Shown: positions 57,801 through 64,000 of the stretch, piece after piece | Position numbering within the stretch: the first letter of the stretch is position 1 | How the letters are laid out: the number at the start of each line of letters is the position of its first letter | Source: a candidate division FCPU426 bacterium | GTDB lineage: Bacteria; Oederibacteriota; JAAXVQ01; JAUVAV01 | Direction: 5' to 3' | Assembly (NCBI GenBank): GCA_030637655.1 | Contig: DAOWGI010000109.1 | Span: 1 to 64,000 of the forward strand | Length of the DNA: 64,000 nt | The notes under the pieces: generated by a model | What the model saw: only the letters and a program-made list of their open reading frames with translations | What the model was told of the DNA's origin: nothing | Databases searched by the model: none | Position numbers and translations under genes: made by a program

Positions 57801-60800
57801 ACGCGTCAGGCAGCTCAGTTCCCAGACCGTTTAATTGGCGCAGATCATCCCGAAAATCCAATAACTCATAATTGGAATCCGCTTTATAACGCAAAGCCCA
57901 AACATCCGGTACCCGATATATAAAATTCAATGTTAAAAGTGTTCCCGCAATCCATATACTGTAGGCCAGCACCATCATAACAGCTTTCGCCAGCCAAAAT
58001 TCCAGTCCACGACCCCATTGGAGCAGCAAAAAATGAGCAGCTAAACTTGCCAATATGGGAATAATCCCAACAAAGAAAATCGGTTGGCGGCCGCTTTTTT
58101 CGCGCAATTCATAATCCGGTATTTGCCAAAACATCAAATTTTTCAGACTAAACATAAGCCGGGCAAAGCGTAAGGCGCGGCGAGTCATGGTGTCTTCCCT
58201 AATTACCTGATACCGCAGGGTATGGCCCAGATGGAGTTTTGCCACTGTGGTTGTAAAGTGGGAAGGTCTTTTGTTTATATTGGCATTTTGCTCTTCAGGT
58301 CTGCTGGGCGACAAATTCAGCGCAGCCAGTATTTGGCGCGGCACGTAAATCTCCAGTTCATCCGCCTCAGCCGCTATTTTGCCTTTTTCAATTAAGCGCT
58401 CTACTGGTATCCCAAATAATCGGTTTATCCAATACCTTCGGAATCCAAATGCTTTTTTATCCAATATTTTGATTTTAATTCTACTGTGCTTGAAATCAGC
58501 AAGGTTAAAATCATCCTTGGTAGCATACTCATACTTCAAATCAATTATAGTAGGATGCCGGTTTATTATCTTCTCAGTCGGCACTGCAGGCATCTGCCTG
58601 CCAAAAACAGAAGCAATCCCATGCACCAAGCTAAAAAACGTCCCTAACAGTGCAACCAACCCCCAGCGAAGCGGAGGTAACCTGTCAAAAACCGGACTAT
58701 GCTTGCGAAGGGGAATATTATATTTTCGTTCTGTAGCCGGCGCAGCGTGCTTAAGCACTTGCGCAAATATTTGCTGATCAAATTCATTGTGAATGAAAGA
58801 CGCCAGGAGGCCGAATGCGGCCAGAGGCAGGAACCACAGGGAGATGGCAGGCAGGGTTAAAAAGATATAAGGCAGCGTATGCTTAAATTGTTCCCGAAAA
58901 TTTCCAAAAAAGCCGGTTTTCCAGTTATAGTCCTGAAGAAATTCCCTAATGGAACCCGGACGTTCTGCTGGAGGCAGTTGCCCGCGGGCACGGTACTGGG
59001 CAATTAATTTCAAGGGCTGATGCAAAAAAAGAAAAACCAGCAAACTACCCATAAAAACAATGGGAGTTCCTGTGATTCCCAGCCCAACGAGCATGCCTAT
59101 TCCAAATAAGCCAACTTGCTCCAATTTTAAACCTGCCCGGCCCCATTGCACCCAACGCTTAGGGGAGCCGGGAAATAAAAACATGGCAAAGAAATATAGC
59201 AAGGAAGCTGCGGCAGCGGTGGCCGGCATTTCGCCGGCCTCAGCAAATTCAGTCGCTGCTTTAGCGCCAAAAGCATGAGATTTAGTAAGCGCGAGAGCTT
59301 CCTGAGCAGCTTGAATTTCCGCTAATTGCCGGAGGGAAATGAAACGAAAATTACCGTCCTCAATGGAATTGAATATATCCTCGCCATATACCTCTTTAAA
59401 GTATTCCCAGGTATCCGCGTGCCAAGGGCCTATGTGCATGGGAAGCGCTGACTGGTAAATACTCATTTCTGCAAGTGTACGCTTATTTTTAAAATTGAAT
59501 GAAGGATCGAGATCTTCCGGCAAGGCAATCCCAATACATTTTAACTCAGCAGCGGTTTTCCCGATGGCAAGCAACAAATTTGTTAATAGAGGTTCCCCAT
59601 CTAAAGCCGGCGCATTAATGGTGTTGATGGTTAACACTTTTTCTTTAGCATCATTTTTACCCACGCCTAATCCGACATAGCCTTTCAATGCTTTACCTTT
59701 ATAAACAAAATAATAAATCATATCCTCATGCATGGCCCGAGTATAGGCATCATTATATTCCAGATCAAACGTGCAATCAATAATACCGGCCCGGCCCCGG
59801 AAAACGCCCAGAAAATTCTGCGGCACCAACAAATAAGTCTTATTTTCGTCTTCCTCAATTCGATCCGCTTTTCGGATTTCCTGAAAGACATCCGCAGAAA
59901 AAGCGTGCATTGCCGGATAAAAACCCTTAATTTTTTGCACATTAATATCCAGAGCATTGGGAAGATGATGGATATAATTTTCGTAAAAATTCTCAAATCC
60001 AATTATACGTTCTGCTAGTGGTCCACTCTCCATCTGATTTACTAGGGCGGAATCCTCCATAGCATCACTGATCATTAATTCACACATCAAGAAAATTAGG
60101 CGTTCGGATTGTGCCTTGCGCTTTTGAGACAAATGACTTCTCAAGAAACGAAATGCGGCGAGGTAAAAAAGTCTCCGATTGGCCCGGAGTTCCCCAAATA
60201 TTTCACTGATTGGTTTTGCCGGTATGGCTGCCTTGACCCTGCGATCAGGCTTCTTACCCATTTTAAAGAACAGGAACTGCAAGTATAATCGGCTAAGCTG
60301 AAAATCCGGAATTATCTTTTTTAGCTCAGCATTCCAATCCAATTGATCAACTTGCTGCTTGCAAGCGTACAATTTTTTCATATGGTTATCCAGCACATTG
60401 GGATTGACTTGCGTAGTAACCTGCTCTTGTGCGCCCTGCACGCTTAGCAGCAACGATTTTAATCCGTTGGCTTTAGTAAAAAGTTTTTCAAAATAGCCGT
60501 TATGTATTTCATCCAATTTTGCCAATACCTCAACTCTTTTTACAAACTCCTCAAATCGAATTTTAATCCCGCAAAACCAAGTGCCGATATAAGCCAATTC
60601 CACTTGCCGGCGATCATTATAATCAAATCCATTTTGTATTAACCTCAAGCCTTGTTGTTTGGATTCTTCCAAAAACTCGTGCGGATTCCGGCATGCGAAG
60701 TAGTCCTCAGTCGTGCTTTCCAAATAGGGAAATCCGGCTTTTACCCAAGCCGAATATTTCATATAATCCTGCTTTGACAATCCGCCTAAATCCTGAATAA

Positions 60801-63800
60801 GCGCTGTGATGAAACTGCCAATATAGCGCAGCGCTTGCTCCCTGGCTATAAAATATACCCTTCGCAGTCCTCCAGTTAAATAATTGATAAACCAGGCAGG
60901 ATCACCGCCCTGTTGCAAACAGACCAGGCCGACCTTGCCAATCGCAGTTATTTCCGCCACTTCCAGGTTGATATTAATACTGAACAACAAATCCCGTAAA
61001 ATCCAGGCAGGCGCTTTCCCTTTTTTTATCAATTCAGGCAAGATAAGTCCCAGCGCCAATCTTGCTGAATTAGAAATGTCTTCATTTTCATTTTCATAGG
61101 CACGGGATCTTATTTCTGCTAAAGAAAGCATTCCGTCATAAAATAACTTGGCGTACACATTGGCAAACATTTTAGGTTCATCTGTGATTTGCTTTAAACT
61201 TTTACTGCCATCAGTTTTGAAATATTCTGTTTCAAAAACCGGCAACGTTTTTTGCTCGCTCCGGATCAAAGCAATAATTTCATCCGCGTTTTTTATTATT
61301 TCAATCATTTCAGGATCTTGTTCATGCAACTGATCCCAAAAATAAGGTATATCCTCCTCTGTTTTGCCAACAATAACTTGCTGAGCAAATTTCGCAGCTT
61401 GCTGAACGGATTTATTGCTGGAGCACAGCATCCTTTGTATTTCATTTTCATTTATTAACTTTCGAAAAAACAATTGGGCCAGAACCAGACCCTGCGCTTC
61501 AGGCGCACCAAACCAGCCGGCTGAGAAAGCTTCGGCCAAAAGCAGCAGCAGTTTTCGAAGATATAATGTTTTATTTTCTTTTAACTGGGTTCTTTGCTGT
61601 TCATGCTGCAAACGCATCCATTGTGTCGATTTTTTCTGAATTTCCCGGCCCAATATTCTGCCGACAAAACCTGGTAAAAATTTTCGATCGATTTCCGGTC
61701 TTTTTAAAACCTCAGCTAAATTGCGCAAAAGCTCTGCAGCAAAAACCGGTGCCGCTGTGGGATCTGATAATATACTTTTATGCAGCAATACCGCATGTGG
61801 AGAATCCAACCCTATATCCGGTATTGCCAATCCCAGCAAGTCAATACCCGCTGTCACTGCCGCATACGGCCCAATATTAATCTGCATATTTTCAATCACA
61901 AAAAAACCTTTGACCTCTTCGCCCCATTGCAGATGAAAATTTTCCTTTAGGGATATCCGATTAAGGATTTCTGCTGCTTGAATAATACGCCTGAGCACTT
62001 TTTGATCTTCAGTTACAGGCCCATGATTATCCAGAAAATTTTCGTATCCTTTCATTGCTTCACTGATTAGCCTTTTTTCATTCGGTCTTAAGACTCGGAG
62101 TTTTAATACCATATGGACAGGTTCCTCAGTCAATTCCCCGTCTGAAGTAACGCCCCGCGCCGAAATTCGTATCAGCTTAGGCCCTGGAACTCCAACCTCT
62201 CTTTCTATATCTTTGCTTTCTATTCCTGTAAGCGCTACCTGCCGCGAGTCCTTAGCCGCTACCAACTCCGGCTTTTTGCCATCACTTCGTCCTTCATTCA
62301 ATAAAGCTGGTTTGATTTTTTTACTAACCTTCAATATTCTTCGTCCTACCACTCGCGGCACTCCGGCCAATTGCATATACCTTAAATCCATTATCCTTCG
62401 TGTTAAAATACTTAAAATCAGTAGTCCGGTTATTACTATGCCTGGCATATTGCCGCTGACTATAAATATCGCCAACGCGATTCCTATCGCAGCGCCGGTC
62501 CAGGCCTGCGAACTTTCAATCTCTACTCTGGCCGGGATATTCAAAATCCAAGTCAATGCCTGTCTTGGCAAATTGAGAACTCTTTTACTTATTCGGTTAA
62601 GCCTAGCCGCCGGCGATTGCCGTTGACTATGGAATATTTTTTCTATATCAACTTTTGCTTCTTCTGAAGAATAATAATAGGCAATATTATAAGGACCGAT
62701 TTGCCCGGTTTTTTGAAAACTATGCTTTAAATTCCCTGCGATATTTTTTGCCGCTGATACAATCGCTATCATTGATTCACCGGATTTAGCTTGAAGCTTA
62801 GTGGGAATAATATGTACATCCGGCATTTGCTGGAGCAACGCTTTATTCTCAGTATAAAATTTATTATCCACAGCCACACAGACCGGCCCTGCTTGCGTGC
62901 TTTCTTCAAGCAGTGATTTCAATTTCTCCACGCCTAATTCCGCGGCTGCTATCACTTCGCAGTTTAATCTGAAATTACTCGCGAAAGTCCTCTGAAAGTT
63001 TTTAACTGCTTCTGTATGCTGAAGAAATGATTCCATAGCCATGATGTTCTGATTTTTGGCCAGCAGTTTTTCCAGCGGGGTCTGTTGGTTTTGCAGCAGG
63101 GAAAAATAGGGATTGATCACATCCTGTTGGGTCAGGCCAGGTGTGATGGATACATAAGTTATGCCGCGGCGTTTGAGTTCTGCCAGCACGTGGTCTGTGT
63201 GAAACCCGCCGGTGATCATAACCGACAGCTTTTCTCCGCTGCGGTTCATCTTCCGGATCAAATTGTCCACAAACTGAATGCTTCGCTCATCTGCCAGATG
63301 ATAAAAATCATCCACTCGCTGCAAATAGTTGTCAAGGGCATACATCTCCGGGTCCGGTTGTAAGGGCACGGCATCCGACTTCGCTAAAGCGATGTCGGAC
63401 AAGCATCGTGCCCTTACGTTATTAATAAAATTGGTAAATTCTTTCATGCTGTATTTTTCCCGCTGAGTGCGAAATTCTGCCAACTCATCAGCAGAAACGG
63501 AAATATTCAGGAGTTTTTCTACGATATCCAGACGGCGATAGAGAATATCTAATTCACGCTGGGGCTCACTGATATACAGCTGTTGGCGTATGACTGTATC
63601 CAGTTTATCCAGTTCCTGAAAAAGCCGGTCCGGATTGATTTCCAAAGAAAAGAAGTTCTGGTTCTCACTTACAAAGCGCTTAAGCTGGGGATAAATATCT
63701 ACCTTCAGTTTCAGCTTGCAGGCGCTGGTATATAGATGGACGCAGTATTTCAAAAGATCCAGGCTGCCTTCACGCCACGCCACGCGCCTGGCATCGAATT

Positions 63801-64000
63801 GCTTTAGCCGGGAGTTATAAAGCGTGGCTTTCAGTTCATCCAGTATCTCGCGCAGGTCATAGCAATATCCCTGGCTCTCGGCATTTAAAAAAGAACCAAC
63901 AGCCTGTCGGCTGGCTTCATACAAGGCCGGGGTCTCAATGCCTTCCAGGCGGATAGGATATTCGCCAATAGCCGCGTAAAATTCCGCGCCGGTGAGCTTG
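54808..64000 (-). CDS. Giant multi-domain membrane protein (>3060 aa, 5' end outside the window) with aldose-1-epimerase, P-loop and HExxH modules
   Basis: The frame stays open to the window edge (KLTGAEFYAAIGEYPIRLEGIETPALYE...). ITGGFH motif, several TM clusters, GRIGSGKS, HEVSH, and mutarotase motifs (YPFIDRV, HGMVR, SHPWF, AIEP). Confidence 0.85.
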   Translation of the reverse strand, partial: KLTGAEFYAAIGEYPIRLEGIETPALYEASRQAVGSFLNAESQGYCYDLREILDELKATLYNSRLKQFDARRVAWREGSLDLLKYCVHLYTSACKLKLKVDIYPQLKRFVSENQNFFSLEINPDRLFQELDKLDTVIRQQLYISEPQRELDILYRRLDIVEKLLNISVSADELAEFRTQREKYSMKEFTNFINNVRARCLSDIALAKSDAVPLQPDPEMYALDNYLQRVDDFYHLADERSIQFVDNLIRKMNRSGEKLSVMITGGFHTDHVLAELKRRGITYVSITPGLTQQDVINPYFSLLQNQQTPLEKLLAKNQNIMAMESFLQHTEAVKNFQRTFASNFRLNCEVIAAAELGVEKLKSLLEESTQAGPVCVAVDNKFYTENKALLQQMPDVHIIPTKLQAKSGESMIAIVSAAKNIAGNLKHSFQKTGQIGPYNIAYYYSSEEAKVDIEKIFHSQRQSPAARLNRISKRVLNLPRQALTWILNIPARVEIESSQAWTGAAIGIALAIFIVSGNMPGIVITGLLILSILTRRIMDLRYMQLAGVPRVVGRRILKVSKKIKPALLNEGRSDGKKPELVAAKDSRQVALTGIESKDIEREVGVPGPKLIRISARGVTSDGELTEEPVHMVLKLRVLRPNEKRLISEAMKGYENFLDNHGPVTEDQKVLRRIIQAAEILNRISLKENFHLQWGEEVKGFFVIENMQINIGPYAAVTAGIDLLGLAIPDIGLDSPHAVLLHKSILSDPTAAPVFAAELLRNLAEVLKRPEIDRKFLPGFVGRILGREIQKKSTQWMRLQHEQQRTQLKENKTLYLRKLLLLLAEAFSAGWFGAPEAQGLVLAQLFFRKLINENEIQRMLCSSNKSVQQAAKFAQQVIVGKTEEDIPYFWDQLHEQDPEMIEIIKNADEIIALIRSEQKTLPVFETEYFKTDGSKSLKQITDEPKMFANVYAKLFYDGMLSLAEIRSRAYENENEDISNSARLALGLILPELIKKGKAPAWILRDLLFSININLEVAEITAIGKVGLVCLQQGGDPAWFINYLTGGLRRVYFIAREQALRYIGSFITALIQDLGGLSKQDYMKYSAWVKAGFPYLESTTEDYFACRNPHEFLEESKQQGLRLIQNGFDYNDRRQVELAYIGTWFCGIKIRFEEFVKRVEVLAKLDEIHNGYFEKLFTKANGLKSLLLSVQGAQEQVTTQVNPNVLDNHMKKLYACKQQVDQLDWNAELKKIIPDFQLSRLYLQFLFFKMGKKPDRRVKAAIPAKPISEIFGELRANRRLFYLAAFRFLRSHLSQKRKAQSERLIFLMCELMISDAMEDSALVNQMESGPLAERIIGFENFYENYIHHLPNALDINVQKIKGFYPAMHAFSADVFQEIRKADRIEEDENKTYLLVPQNFLGVFRGRAGIIDCTFDLEYNDAYTRAMHEDMIYYFVYKGKALKGYVGLGVGKNDAKEKVLTINTINAPALDGEPLLTNLLLAIGKTAAELKCIGIALPEDLDPSFNFKNKRTLAEMSIYQSALPMHIGPWHADTWEYFKEVYGEDIFNSIEDGNFRFISLRQLAEIQAAQEALALTKSHAFGAKAATEFAEAGEMPATAAAASLLYFFAMFLFPGSPKRWVQWGRAGLKLEQVGLFGIGMLVGLGITGTPIVFMGSLLVFLFLHQPLKLIAQYRARGQLPPAERPGSIREFLQDYNWKTGFFGNFREQFKHTLPYIFLTLPAISLWFLPLAAFGLLASFIHNEFDQQIFAQVLKHAAPATERKYNIPLRKHSPVFDRLPPLRWGLVALLGTFFSLVHGIASVFGRQMPAVPTEKIINRHPTIIDLKYEYATKDDFNLADFKHSRIKIKILDKKAFGFRRYWINRLFGIPVERLIEKGKIAAEADELEIYVPRQILAALNLSPSRPEEQNANINKRPSHFTTTVAKLHLGHTLRYQVIREDTMTRRALRFARLMFSLKNLMFWQIPDYELREKSGRQPIFFVGIIPILASLAAHFLLLQWGRGLEFWLAKAVMMVLAYSIWIAGTLLTLNFIYRVPDVWALRYKADSNYELLDFRDDLRQLNGLGTELPDAWLPWIYGATDDIPSEIEQIKLTMVSTNPWWLLLGLGALSYYDPASNALGLPQNIKVLTQHRRLGKVAHEVSHYLQMQSGQSGMSAELRALREEIRMSLLAKRMQEKLSQAVERLENLRHSMGIYALQAGELEKLVAIIWKMETLLGLRSPADSFEIDSPLIDIRFIFRPYWNDMHRRPEELPMKEGLKELEHRVKNKISKKGRAVILVSGRIGSGKSYLSRQMLNRGFAGIPASKIKVIDTDVLFQKKAEIQMEVIQHALDPSNDYSIIVIDDGLLALVGSFSKSISEALEAAINIRVFKKNQEKLRVERLLDPKADFDRVFPGIDTLVMSFMNDILEHHVWIPQREEQADIILAEGFEIRVGDGKAEKLKPAPIKEPVVETPAAKLPGEPLIPESQAVPALLPKGTPDPGREARRIILAMQHPWTRRLPALVISIITFAQEFINPIANRYNVQQSSRDGYDTYIFTDVNTGNSFEIVPGCAGKIISWKVKGQEMLYFESVQASGGIEVMYPFIDRVAGNKAVYVDEKGKEHEIDLTDDDLVTAGLTKKDAAKVVYHGMVRKLPWTVEKIKFDKNGISIRTSFANRDHPEISSRFGRKGKIAVSYTLQGNELKSKIKLRNSSIATTGSHPWFKRGVGKWFISTSAKKEVVMKDMIPTKDPRREVAGTDLDLRDLQPSDTDRHAVLEDLDYDQRGMATSRLYNETDGTLIEVEQSRSLTFVVIWDLLKNKFLAIEPVSSPPDGLNEYKNPRGLKPITQKNYTAEVTYRVSTVRDKGQKPFLAAGSKKTKIVEEEPEPRKPAARAHGIIRPLAAMFRRFSQIQPLIIQRILQGLVQRINPQLYLTQLQTELAQRAPELAQASQLAIALQDEKSSVGRAYFEMSGNANKETRIAFGQVVKDYITAMDDAGRQTTEWLYFSELLKLMLPIDVMAAGYGNEVGEPLGGSRAQVLVLPTEWLQHGRNIKVLYDLWLPLPFRMNDDLIDNIFRKRMRRSPFRAA

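Overview
A 64-kb bacterial chromosome segment from a diderm (LPS-making) organism, with every supported gene on the minus strand. The left edge (1-2.2 kb) is an accessory zone. It holds the start of a probable IS3-like transposase, a DUF5681/terminase-small-subunit-like gene, a duplicated tRNA 3' end, tRNA-Arg(UCU), a 13-unit REP-like array and tRNA-Pro(UGG). The core follows: rdgB, rph, a 2-hydroxyacyl-CoA dehydratase/activase pair coupled to queE-queD, murI, cimA, recJ, smc, lpxI-lpxA-lpxC/fabZ-lpxD-skp-bamA-tamB, clpC-mcsB-mcsA, lolD-lolC/E, lysS, secF-secD and rsmD. Three regions stand out. (1) At 10.9-18.0 kb is a candidate undescribed envelope-signalling/chaperone module: a beta-propeller lipoprotein, a HAMP receptor with a degenerate class III cyclase domain, a J-domain/TPR protein, a lidless DnaK paralog ending in a MinD-like tail, and a PilB/GspE homolog that has lost its ATPase motifs but keeps an MshEN domain. 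(2) At 50.9-54.4 kb is a decaying chemotaxis cluster with a frameshifted cheR. (3) A giant (>3060 aa) multi-domain membrane protein with embedded enzyme domains runs off the right edge. GTAG-type REP palindromes are scattered through the intergenic DNA; several carry a shared ~40-bp insert and some supply stop codons. All family calls come from motif recognition by eye, and no database search was run.
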